NCBI GenBank assembly: GCA_965372795.1
Contig: CBDVDR010000020.1
Span: forward strand, 1 to 62,093
DNA from: an uncultured bacterium
Lineage (GTDB): Bacteria > Zixibacteria > MSB-5A5 > GN15 > FEB-12
Direction: 5' to 3'
DNA length: 62,093 nucleotides
Positions 10,687 through 19,817 of the stretch are shown piece by piece. The notes beneath the pieces were generated by a model. That model did no database searches. It had not been told where the DNA came from and worked only from the letters and a program-made list of their open reading frames with translations. Numbering within the stretch: the first letter of the stretch is position 1; every line of letters begins with the position of its first letter. A program made the position numbers and the translations under genes.

Positions 10687-10713
10687 GTATCGGAATATTA
10701 TTAAACAGCTTTA
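10687..10713 (-). promoter_or_regulatory. Putative sigma28 (FliA) promoter of cheW
   Basis: Minus strand TAAA-N15-TCCGATAC versus consensus TAAA-N15-GCCGATAA. Confidence 0.65.
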
Positions 10714-10780
10714 GAGCCTAACTACTCCACATCGCAATCCGGCTCAAAGTAACACTTTGCACAACTATACAAAGATTACT

Positions 10781-11551
10781 TTATACCAATTCTGCCGGAC
10801 CGGAGAGTTTTTCAATCAAGGAATAAGCTGTCGATGGAGCATGTCCTGAATAATGATTATTAAAATAGGCGTATATTTTTTTATTAAGTGACTCTTCTCT
10901 GGCGATAAAATCACCCCACCAGGCAATATCTTCTTCGCGACTGAATCTGACATAACTAAAATCATTATCAATTTTTTTGCGATCACCTAAGAAACGGATA
11001 TAATGAAAATCAGCTGTACATATTTCTTTGCGGGGCATCCAGGGATGATCGATCAGACAAAAAGCTATATTTCTTTTCTTAAAAAGATCAAAAATAGAAT
11101 CAACATCCAGCCATTGTTTATTTCGTAATTCAACAGCAATTTTTATATCAGAGGGTAATTCTGAAATCAATTCAGATAACAAACTTTCTCTATCCGGTTT
11201 AAAACTATATGGAAATTGCAACAATAATGGTCCCAGTTTTGGACCCAGATTTTTCATCACATTTATAAAATGATGAGCATTATTAATCCTGGATTCGATC
11301 TCCCCTTCGTGGGTAACTTTATTAGGGAATTTGGCTGAAAAAATAAACTTTTCACAGCTGATTTTAGCCCATTTTCTTACGGTTGCTTCGGTTGGAATTC
11401 TATAAAAGGTAGAGTCCAATTCTACGGTTTTAAATTTTGAATTATAAAATTTAAGAAAATCCGCCGGAGGACAAAACTGAGGATAAAAATTGCCAAGCCA
11501 ATCTTTGTAACTAAACCCCGATGTTCCAATTTGGATATTATTTGTTATCAT
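10781..11551 (-). CDS. DUF72 family protein
   Basis: IGTSGFSYKDW, VELDSTFYRIP, LLQFPYSF, YAYFNNHYSGHA. Confidence 0.9.
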   Translation of the reverse strand: MITNNIQIGTSGFSYKDWLGNFYPQFCPPADFLKFYNSKFKTVELDSTFYRIPTEATVRKWAKISCEKFIFSAKFPNKVTHEGEIESRINNAHHFINVMKNLGPKLGPLLLQFPYSFKPDRESLLSELISELPSDIKIAVELRNKQWLDVDSIFDLFKKRNIAFCLIDHPWMPRKEICTADFHYIRFLGDRKKIDNDFSYVRFSREEDIAWWGDFIAREESLNKKIYAYFNNHYSGHAPSTAYSLIEKLSGPAELV

Positions 11552-11686
11552 CAACTTAATAACAAGGGCAAGCTTCAAAAGTTCAACTATTCTTTAATTA
11601 AACCAAAGCTCTTTTTACCTCTATAGTTGCGCTGTTTAAACGAATTTACTATCTTCTGGAATTAACGATTATATGAAAGGTTGAAA

Positions 11687-12820
11687 ATGAAAGATAAACG
11701 TAATGAAATCCTTGCTAAAAATCTAATTGAATACTCTGTCAGACTGCAAAAGGGTGAAGTGTTATACCTTGAGATTAAAGGAAAAGAGACCCTTGAGCTG
11801 GGCAAAGAAATTATTAAATACGCCACTTTAAAAGGCGGAATTCCCTTTTGGTACTATAACGACGAATCGCTCAGTCGTAATTGGATCAAAAATGCTAATG
11901 AAGAGCAGTTCAAAGCTCAGGCTGATTTACACCTCCATTTGATGCAAAAAGCTGATGCCTATATCGGTCTTCGAGGTTCTGACAACCCGTTTGACTTAGC
12001 AGATATCGATCAATCCCAAATCGACAAACTCGGCAAAAACTTTTACAAACCGGTTCATCTTGATGAACGGGTCAAACGCACCAAATGGGTTGTACTGCGC
12101 TATCCTAACAATGCGATGGCACAACTTGCCGAAACATCTCAGGAAAATTTTGAAAAATTCTATTTTGATGTCTGCTGTCTTGACTATAACAAAATGTCAG
12201 ATGCCCAGAGCAAACTTTTAGCATTAGTTGATGCTACTGACAAAGTTTATATCAAAGGTCCCGGAACTGATCTTACTTTTTCTATAAAAGATATCGGCGT
12301 TATAAAATGTGATGGTTTGCGCAATATTCCTGATGGTGAGGTTTACACTGCCCCGGTGCGTGATTCTATCAACGGCACGATCACCTATAACTGCCCGTCC
12401 CTTTATCAGGGTGAAGTTTACAACAATATCAGTTTCACCTTTGAAAATGGTAAAATTATCAAAGCTACCTGTGATGGCAACGTTGAGAAACTAAACAAAA
12501 TTCTCGATACTGATGAAGGCGCCCGCTATATCGGCGAGTTTGCAATCGGTGTCAATCCGTATATTATGAAACCGATGAAAGACACTCTCTTTGATGAAAA
12601 AATCGCCGGCTCTTTCCATCTCACTCCGGGACAATGCTACGATGAAGCTCCGAACGGCAACGACTCTACCATCCATTGGGACCTCGTACTTATCCAGCGT
12701 GCCGATTACGGCGGCGGAGAAATCTGGTTTGATGATAAACTGATTCGCAAAGATGGTATCTTTACCGATGCTGAAATGGAAAAATCTTTTTCAAAAGAAA
12801 ATCTCGCCGGAGATTTCTAA
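11687..12820 (+). CDS. Aminopeptidase, M29 (thermophilic metalloprotease) family
   Basis: NIPDGEVYTAP, GEFAIG, LFDEKIAGSFHLTPG, IHWDLV. Confidence 0.9.
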   Translation: MKDKRNEILAKNLIEYSVRLQKGEVLYLEIKGKETLELGKEIIKYATLKGGIPFWYYNDESLSRNWIKNANEEQFKAQADLHLHLMQKADAYIGLRGSDNPFDLADIDQSQIDKLGKNFYKPVHLDERVKRTKWVVLRYPNNAMAQLAETSQENFEKFYFDVCCLDYNKMSDAQSKLLALVDATDKVYIKGPGTDLTFSIKDIGVIKCDGLRNIPDGEVYTAPVRDSINGTITYNCPSLYQGEVYNNISFTFENGKIIKATCDGNVEKLNKILDTDEGARYIGEFAIGVNPYIMKPMKDTLFDEKIAGSFHLTPGQCYDEAPNGNDSTIHWDLVLIQRADYGGGEIWFDDKLIRKDGIFTDAEMEKSFSKENLAGDF

Positions 12821-12827
12821 ATATAAT

Positions 12828-12855
12828 TAGCCGGGTTCACCCCCGGCTATCTTTT
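12828..12855 (+). terminator. Hairpin / probable terminator
   Basis: TAGCCGGG...CCCGGCTA followed by TCTTTT. Confidence 0.5.
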
Positions 12856-12868
12856 ACTGGAGAACAAA

Positions 12869-13378
12869 ATGGATATATTTGATTTTGCCATGAAAATGGA
12901 ATTAGATGGTAAAAAATATTACGAAACCAAAGCCGCCGAAACCAAAGAAAAAAGCCTTAAAGAAATTTTGCTGACCCTTGCCGAAGAAGAACTGAACCAT
13001 TTTAACTTTTTTAAAAAAATGAAAGATGGCGAAATTGAACAAGCGGCGGCACAGATCAACACTAAGACTGATACTCTAAACAAAATCCAGAATATCTTTA
13101 TTGATTTGTCAAAAAATAATGACAAAAAATCTTTTGGTGAAGATGATATTTCAGTCTGGACCGAGGCTCTTAAAATTGAAGAAAAAGCGGAATCTTTTTA
13201 TCGCGGAAAAGCGGTTTCGGAACCTGATAAGGCTAAGAGTAAACTGTTGAATTTAATTGCTGATGAAGAACGCAACCATGTCCACATGATTGAAGGTGTT
13301 CTTTCTTATTTGAAATTCCCTGATGCTTTCGCCCAATCGGCACAGTTCCAGAATTTCCAAAGCTTAGAGGGCCATTAG
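12869..13378 (+). CDS. Ferritin-like / rubrerythrin family protein
   Basis: AMKMELDG..YY, EELNH, ALKIEEKAESFY, EERNH diiron motifs. Confidence 0.85.
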   Translation: MDIFDFAMKMELDGKKYYETKAAETKEKSLKEILLTLAEEELNHFNFFKKMKDGEIEQAAAQINTKTDTLNKIQNIFIDLSKNNDKKSFGEDDISVWTEALKIEEKAESFYRGKAVSEPDKAKSKLLNLIADEERNHVHMIEGVLSYLKFPDAFAQSAQFQNFQSLEGH

Positions 13379-13391
13379 GAATAATTAGAAA

Positions 13392-13964
13392 TTATTTGGA
13401 TGCTTTTGTAATCTCTTTTTCAAATTCTTTAAGGCGATCCCACTCATACTTGAGCACGTCCTGAGAAAGTTTTATGATTTCTTTTCGTTTATCCCGAAAT
13501 ATATCAAGATCTAAGTCTTTTAGACTTATCTGTTGTATTGCACAAATTAATGTTAAATGTAATTCAACGTGAGGGTTAAGAAGTAAATCTACTCTATTAA
13601 GATTCAAGAATATCTCCCTTGACAACTTTGACATTACATTATCTTCTTTTACTTTTGCAGAAAGTTGTATATGATAAAGTGTATATGATGTTATTATTTC
13701 TGAAATTGTATCTCTTAATTTTTCAATCCACTCCTGTTTCATTTGAATTGCAAATTTATTTTTTTCTACATTAAATTGATCAGATGATAAATTCAATTGT
13801 CTTTTAGCTAGTACATGTTGTCTTTTCCCAATAATATATTGAATCAAAGGTCCTACGATTACTGCTATTAGAGCTGTCATTGCTGATATAAAAGGGATTG
13901 ACTTAAGTAATTGTGTCATTCCACCAGTTGATGCCATTGCAGAAGTTACTGTTGTTGAATCCAT
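13392..13964 (-). CDS. Hypothetical membrane-anchored protein (AT-rich)
   Basis: 190-aa ORF with one TM segment then a helical domain; SD-like AGGCAGGG upstream. Confidence 0.65.
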   Translation of the reverse strand: MDSTTVTSAMASTGGMTQLLKSIPFISAMTALIAVIVGPLIQYIIGKRQHVLAKRQLNLSSDQFNVEKNKFAIQMKQEWIEKLRDTISEIITSYTLYHIQLSAKVKEDNVMSKLSREIFLNLNRVDLLLNPHVELHLTLICAIQQISLKDLDLDIFRDKRKEIIKLSQDVLKYEWDRLKEFEKEITKASK

Positions 13965-14037
13965 TTCTACCCTGCCTTATTGTTTATAGATTATTTTATT
14001 ATAATATATGTAAATATCTATTTAATTCAATAAGAAA

Positions 14038-14931
14038 TCAAACCTCGGCGATGATCACCCCAACCAACGCGATACTTCCCCCAACAACAAACGCCAATCC
14101 CAACGGCTCACCTAACCAGAAAAATGCCACCACCGTAGCAAGAACCGGTTGGATATTATGATAAACCGCAATCCGGGAAGCATCCATATATTTCAAAACC
14201 CAATACCAGAGCACATACGCCGCAACCGATGTCATCAACGCCATATAAAACACCGATGCCCATCCGCCAGCGGTTGCCTGCGAATAATCAAAGGTCATGG
14301 CTTTGTATAATCCAAATGGAAAATAAGCCACCGAACCGGATGCTAACGCATAGGTTGTTACTCGTATTGCCCCATATTTTTGCACTAACGGTTTGCCCAG
14401 CACCGTATAATACGCCCAGGCAATGACAGCGATCAGAATTATAAAATCACCATACAGATATTCTTTGCCAAACTCTATCGCGCCGGAAAACATAATTATC
14501 AACACCCCGGCCATGGCAACAATAATCCCTATAATCCTCCGCCATACTAATTTTTCTTTAAGAATAAATATCGCATTCAAAAATATCCAGATCGGAACCG
14601 TCGCAAACAGAAGCGACCCATGTCCGGCGGCGGTGTAACTCTGACCATAAAGAAACATGACTTGATTAAACGGGATAATTAATAATCCCAGTCTAATAAT
14701 TTTCCAATAATCTTTTTTTTCAATTGCGGGAGTCGGCTTTTGGATTCTCACCATAATAAGTAATACTATTGATGAAATCAGAAACCGATAGAAAGCAAAT
14801 GTAAATGGTTCGATAATATCCAGGCCGTATTTTGAAACAGGAAAAGCCATCGCCCCGAGAACCTGTTGCCCCAACAATGCGAATATTATCAGCTGATTGA
14901 ATTGTTTTGAAGAATTTTTTTGACTGGTCAT
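14038..14931 (-). CDS. DMT/EamA family transporter
   Basis: Ten TM segments in two EamA repeats; LGEPL and NIQPV motifs. Confidence 0.9.
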   Translation of the reverse strand: MTSQKNSSKQFNQLIIFALLGQQVLGAMAFPVSKYGLDIIEPFTFAFYRFLISSIVLLIMVRIQKPTPAIEKKDYWKIIRLGLLIIPFNQVMFLYGQSYTAAGHGSLLFATVPIWIFLNAIFILKEKLVWRRIIGIIVAMAGVLIIMFSGAIEFGKEYLYGDFIILIAVIAWAYYTVLGKPLVQKYGAIRVTTYALASGSVAYFPFGLYKAMTFDYSQATAGGWASVFYMALMTSVAAYVLWYWVLKYMDASRIAVYHNIQPVLATVVAFFWLGEPLGLAFVVGGSIALVGVIIAEV

Positions 14932-14950
14932 GAAACTTTACGAATAATCA

Positions 14951-15730
14951 TCAGATAAGTGATTTGACTACTCCCCCGTCAACGGCAATCGAACTTCCGG
15001 TGATATAAGAAGCTTTGTCACTTGCCAAAAATGCAATCAGTGCCGCCAGTTCCTCCGGTTTGCCAATCCGTCCGGCAGGAATCATCTGGTTGAACCCTTC
15101 GACTACCTGTTCGGGCGTTATTCCTGCTTTTTCAGCTCTTGAGTTAATCAATTCGCTTAGTCTTTCGGTTCCGGTATAGCCGGGACAAACACAATTGGCG
15201 GTGATGCCATACTTGGCATAGTTATTGGAAGTCGTCTTACAAAATCCGGTTACGGCGGCACGAAAGGTATTTGAAAGAATCAAATCATCAACCGGCTGAA
15301 GAACACCGATTGAAGTAATATAAATCAGCCGTCCCCATTTGTTATTTATCATATTATCAATAAACACCCGGGTCAAATTGATAGCGGAAAACATAACCAG
15401 TTCGGAAGCATCCCGCCATTTTTTACGGTCATGCTCGGTCAACTGTCCGGGCGGAGGACCTCCGGCATTCGATACGAGGATATCAATATCGCCAATTTCA
15501 TTTTTGATTCTAACGATGTCATCTTCTTTGGAAACATCACCAACTACAATTTTAACCGTTGCGCCGGTTGCATCATAAATTTGCTTTGCTGATTTTTCAA
15601 GCCGTTTTAAATCACGCCCGTTGATAATCACATCAGCCTTTTCCTCAGCTAATGCCAAAGCTGCTACTGCTCCCAAACCGGAAGAGGCTCCCGTTACGAG
15701 AGCCTTTTTTCCTTTAAGTCCTAAATCCAT
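14951..15730 (-). CDS. SDR family oxidoreductase
   Basis: TGASSGLG, ILVSNAGGPP, ITANCVCPG, ITGSSIAVDGG. Confidence 0.92.
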   Translation of the reverse strand: MDLGLKGKKALVTGASSGLGAVAALALAEEKADVIINGRDLKRLEKSAKQIYDATGATVKIVVGDVSKEDDIVRIKNEIGDIDILVSNAGGPPPGQLTEHDRKKWRDASELVMFSAINLTRVFIDNMINNKWGRLIYITSIGVLQPVDDLILSNTFRAAVTGFCKTTSNNYAKYGITANCVCPGYTGTERLSELINSRAEKAGITPEQVVEGFNQMIPAGRIGKPEELAALIAFLASDKASYITGSSIAVDGGVVKSLI

Positions 15731-17097
15731 TATTTTTTAACTTTTGCCAGTTCAACCGGCAAGGCGGAGGCAGTTTTACAACCCCGCTCAAAATCGACTA
15801 TGCGGAATCGTTCGTTTGGTGAATGAACGTTGTCATCATGTTGCGCAAAGCCGATTAAAAGAGTATCAACGCCGAGGATAGTTTTAAAATCGCCAACAAT
15901 AGGTATCGAACCGCCCTCTTTCATAAAGACCGGTTCTTTGCCAAATCCGGTTTTAATCGCTCTACCGGCCGCCTCCAGCCATGGTCCTTCGGTCGGAACA
16001 ACCACCGCTTTGGCTCCGCCCCATTTGTCAACTTTCACTTTGACTGATTTGGGTGCGATTTTTTGTAAGAATTTTTCGATCTTGTTACAAATATCTTTCG
16101 GATCCATATCCGGAACCAGACGCATTGTAATTTTACAGGAAGCCATCGAAGGTATAATAGTTTTGGCACCTTCGCCTTGATAACCGCCTTTGATTCCGTT
16201 CACATCACAGGTCGGACGAACCCAGGTGCGTTCAAAGGTTGTGAAACCTTTTTCACCATGTAAAGCCGGAACACCTAAACTTGATTTATATTTGGCTTCA
16301 TTGTACGGAAGTGATTTAAACTGATTTTTTTCCCATTTACCGATGTTTTTAACATCTTTAAAAAATCCCGGGATTGCGATTTTTCCGTTTTTGTCATGCA
16401 GCTGTCCAACCATGGAACACAAAATATTTACCGGGTTAGCAATCGCACCGCCAAAACTTCCCGAATGAACGTCGCGCTTGGGACCATAAACTGTGACTTC
16501 AACTGCTGCTAAACCACGCAACCCAAAGGTTACTGCCGGTTGAGTTTTGCTGAATTGAGCCGTATCCGAAACAACGGCAATATCAGCTTGAAGCATCTTT
16601 TTATTTTTCTTTATAAACGCCGGAAGATTCTCACTGGCAACTTCTTCTTCACCCTCGATAAGGAATTTTACATTGATCGGAAGGGTTCCGGTACTTTTGA
16701 TGATCGCTTCGAGCCCTTTGATATGAGTCAGCACCTGACCTTTATCGTCAACTGCGCCACGGGCATAAATATACCCTTTTCTGATTTCCGGTTTGAAAGG
16801 TGCTGTTTCCCAGAGATTAAGCGGTTCCGGCGGCTGTACATCATAGTGACCATAGTACAAAACCGTCGGTGCATTTTTATCGGCCTTATACTCGGCATAT
16901 ACAACCGGGTGTCCTCCGGTCGGATAGACTCTGGCTTTAAAACCGATATCGGCTAGATGTTTTTTTAACCATTCGGCACAGTTTTTCATATCTTTTTTAT
17001 GTTCGGATTTTGCAGAAACAGAAGGGAACTTCAAGAACTCAAAAAGTTCTTTCATTCTTTTTACTTCATTTTTTTTCAGATACTCAAGAGCGGTCAT
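15730..17097 (-). CDS. M20 family dipeptidase
   Basis: YGHYDVQP, RGAVDDKG, EGEEE, DVHSG, HSPNE. Confidence 0.92.
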   Translation of the reverse strand: MTALEYLKKNEVKRMKELFEFLKFPSVSAKSEHKKDMKNCAEWLKKHLADIGFKARVYPTGGHPVVYAEYKADKNAPTVLYYGHYDVQPPEPLNLWETAPFKPEIRKGYIYARGAVDDKGQVLTHIKGLEAIIKSTGTLPINVKFLIEGEEEVASENLPAFIKKNKKMLQADIAVVSDTAQFSKTQPAVTFGLRGLAAVEVTVYGPKRDVHSGSFGGAIANPVNILCSMVGQLHDKNGKIAIPGFFKDVKNIGKWEKNQFKSLPYNEAKYKSSLGVPALHGEKGFTTFERTWVRPTCDVNGIKGGYQGEGAKTIIPSMASCKITMRLVPDMDPKDICNKIEKFLQKIAPKSVKVKVDKWGGAKAVVVPTEGPWLEAAGRAIKTGFGKEPVFMKEGGSIPIVGDFKTILGVDTLLIGFAQHDDNVHSPNERFRIVDFERGCKTASALPVELAKVKK

Positions 17098-17143
17098 ATA
17101 GATTCTCCTATAAACTTTTTATTTTCAAAATCATTAACAACAC

Positions 17144-17167
17144 AAAAAAAACGGGCAAGTCCCGTTT
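17144..17167 (-). terminator. Intrinsic terminator
   Basis: Minus strand AAACGGG-ACTTG-CCCGTTTTTTTT at the stop of 17166..17681. Confidence 0.6.
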
Positions 17168-17681
17168 AACTTTTTCTCTTTTTAAACCAATCAACCGGAT
17201 CTTTAACAAATTTCAGACATGAGTTAATCAACCGGGAGTGCATCGATTCTTCAATTATCAACCACTGGTAAAATCTTTTAATTTTAAGGTTATCGGTCTT
17301 ATCAAGCATCTCCTGATAGAAATCCTCGGCCCCGCCTTCAAATTCTAATGCCATTTCATAAGCTTCTATATCTGACTCCGTTGCTTTAAATTCATCTTTG
17401 ATGTTCTCAAGTTTTCTATTAAAAGCTTCAAGTTTTTCCTCGGCATCAGAAACTTCAACCTCAATAATATCCTGACCATCGGAATTTTCTAAAGATTTAT
17501 AAAACTTCTCAATATGTCTTATATGTTTGTCTTCTTCTTTAGCTAAAAATTCAAATGTTTGACGGGCAAGATCGCTTTTGGTTTTACGGGCTGACTCTAA
17601 GAAGAGTTCCTTACCCTCTTTTTCAAGTTTTAGAGCTATTAAATAGGGCTCTAAAAGTTCATCCATTTTTTTATCAGTCAT
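17166..17681 (-). CDS. Ferritin-like / rubrerythrin family protein
   Basis: ALKLEKEG, EEDKH, ALEFEGGAEDFY, EESMH; paralogue of 12869..13378. Confidence 0.85.
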   Translation of the reverse strand: MTDKKMDELLEPYLIALKLEKEGKELFLESARKTKSDLARQTFEFLAKEEDKHIRHIEKFYKSLENSDGQDIIEVEVSDAEEKLEAFNRKLENIKDEFKATESDIEAYEMALEFEGGAEDFYQEMLDKTDNLKIKRFYQWLIIEESMHSRLINSCLKFVKDPVDWFKKRKS

Positions 17682-17732
17682 AATGATTTAATAAATAATC
17701 TTCCGAGGTAAATTGCAATTAGAAACTACCTA

Positions 17733-18524
17733 TTAGTAATTCTTTTTTCTGAAAATGATAATTGAAGCTAATAGCACTATTAAAGATGTTAAAAGGGTTG
17801 TATAAAAATCCGACCAGTTTTGGACATCTCTTCCTAAGGCTAATTTTCCCCCGATTTCAAAGAACTCGGAATTTTTTGGTACTATAAAATAAAGAGACTC
17901 CATTACGGCTTTCAATGATTGAGAATCAAAGAAATCCTCAAATGTTTTATAAGAAGACAAAACTTTATGAAGTGCCCAAACCAGGAATGCGGCTGTTATA
18001 CTCATTGATTGCGAACCGGTTATAATGGATGCGAAAAATACAATCGTTAACCAGACAAAGAAACTCAATAAGGCAAAAATGAACAGGTAGATAACACTAA
18101 TCTCAAATCCGCCATGAACCAGAACAATTGCCAGATATGTCAAAGCCCCGCAAACCAAAATCAATCCGCCATAGGTCAGCCAAACCCCAAATAGTTTGTT
18201 AAGCAGTAACGAGGTTCTTGAGATCGGCTTTGATAAATAATAATCTGCTCTGCCCCTTATTAACATATTAGGGAGCAAACCGGCTGATCCTAAAACTCCG
18301 ATAAAAACAAGGAACGATAAGAACCAGGCGAAAAACTTCATCAATGGATTTCCAAATGCCTCATTCAATTCGCTTAATTCCATCCCTCCGCTACCAAAAG
18401 AATGAAATTCAACCTGGACGGTAAATAGAATGCCAACAATAACCAATAGAGTTATAATTCCAAACAGATAGAATATTTTCCGGTCAAACATCTCGACAAT
18501 GCAATCTCTGGTTATGCCTCTCAT
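17733..18524 (-). CDS. ABC-2 type transporter permease
   Basis: Six TM segments, LSKPISR..LLLNK motif, overlaps the ABC ATPase gene. Confidence 0.85.
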   Translation of the reverse strand: MRGITRDCIVEMFDRKIFYLFGIITLLVIVGILFTVQVEFHSFGSGGMELSELNEAFGNPLMKFFAWFLSFLVFIGVLGSAGLLPNMLIRGRADYYLSKPISRTSLLLNKLFGVWLTYGGLILVCGALTYLAIVLVHGGFEISVIYLFIFALLSFFVWLTIVFFASIITGSQSMSITAAFLVWALHKVLSSYKTFEDFFDSQSLKAVMESLYFIVPKNSEFFEIGGKLALGRDVQNWSDFYTTLLTSLIVLLASIIIFRKKNY

Positions 18525-19450
18525 TTGGAAGCCTCCTGAGAAGTGACAGTTTCAATAAATGACTGTTCCAGAGTTATCTTCATCGGCTTGACCGATTTAA
18601 TACTAATTTTTTTTACTCTTAATAAATCAATCACGTAATTGATCATTTCCGGCTCTACCAGTTCAACAATAATGCTTTTAGCAGCGATTGATATTTTTTT
18701 ACCGATTTTTTCGGGAATGTCTATCAGCTTTGAACCGATATCAGCTTCAATTTCATATTGACTTTTACGGCTGGTTAGTTCTTCCACCGACCCGATTTTA
18801 ATAAGTTTGCCTTGAGACAATATCGCGACCCGATCAGCAACCGACTCAACCTCTGATAATAGATGAGAATTTAAAATAATCGACTTCCCTTGATCTCGTA
18901 TCTTTTCTAAAACTTCTCGTATTTCAATTTTCCCAACCGGATCAACCCCGTCAGTTGGTTCATCAAGAAAAAGAATATCTGGTTCTGTTACCATGGCCTG
19001 GGCAAGCCCGATTCTTTGGAGCATTCCTTTTGAGTAGTTTTTAATCTTGGTACTCCCCCATTTATCCATGCCGACCACCTGAAGAAGAGATTCGATATTG
19101 ACTTCAAGATCAGACTCTTGAAGGCTGTGAAGGCGCAATGTAAGCTCAAGCAGCCCGATTCCGGTTAAATGATTAGGGAATCTATGGTTTTCAGGCAGAT
19201 ACCCGACTTTTGCTCTTGAGAGCGGATTTGATGGTGGAAGCCCTGAGATAGTACATATGCCATTGCTCGGAGTAGTTATATTTAATAGAACTTTAAACAG
19301 GGTTGTCTTCCCGGCTCCGTTTGGTCCCAGCAATCCAAAAATTTCACCTTGATTGATAGAAAGGCTGACATTATTAAGAGCCACGATGTCGCCCTTTTTC
19401 ATGCCGGTATGATATATTTTAGTCAGTTCCTGTACATCAACTATTGTCAT
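18521..19450 (-). CDS. ABC transporter ATP-binding protein
   Basis: GPNGAGKTT, YSKGMLQR, LDEPT, NSHLL. Confidence 0.95.
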   Translation of the reverse strand: MTIVDVQELTKIYHTGMKKGDIVALNNVSLSINQGEIFGLLGPNGAGKTTLFKVLLNITTPSNGICTISGLPPSNPLSRAKVGYLPENHRFPNHLTGIGLLELTLRLHSLQESDLEVNIESLLQVVGMDKWGSTKIKNYSKGMLQRIGLAQAMVTEPDILFLDEPTDGVDPVGKIEIREVLEKIRDQGKSIILNSHLLSEVESVADRVAILSQGKLIKIGSVEELTSRKSQYEIEADIGSKLIDIPEKIGKKISIAAKSIIVELVEPEMINYVIDLLRVKKISIKSVKPMKITLEQSFIETVTSQEASK

Positions 19451-19817
19451 AATTATAAATACGTAGTTTTATCAGATAGTTTCCACTAAAATTTTTAAAT
19501 TTTTACAAAAAGCATCATAGCCATTATTAATCTCTTTTATACATTATAGAATACTTAATTAAACTCACAAAAAGCTTGCATACATAGATTTATTAATCTA
19601 TTATATAATTACAAAACGCATAAATACGCAAATGGGAATAGTAACGGCAGGAATTCTGGAGTTTACGAGTCAATTATAGTTTTAATTTTTTGATTAAAAT
19701 ATTTCCTAAATAAGAAATCTCTTTTCAATTGACAGAAAGGAGGAATTTATCGAAAAATAAAATTCTTTGTGATTTGCATCAGATTCACAACTACTTGCAT
19801 TTACAGGAGGTTATAAA

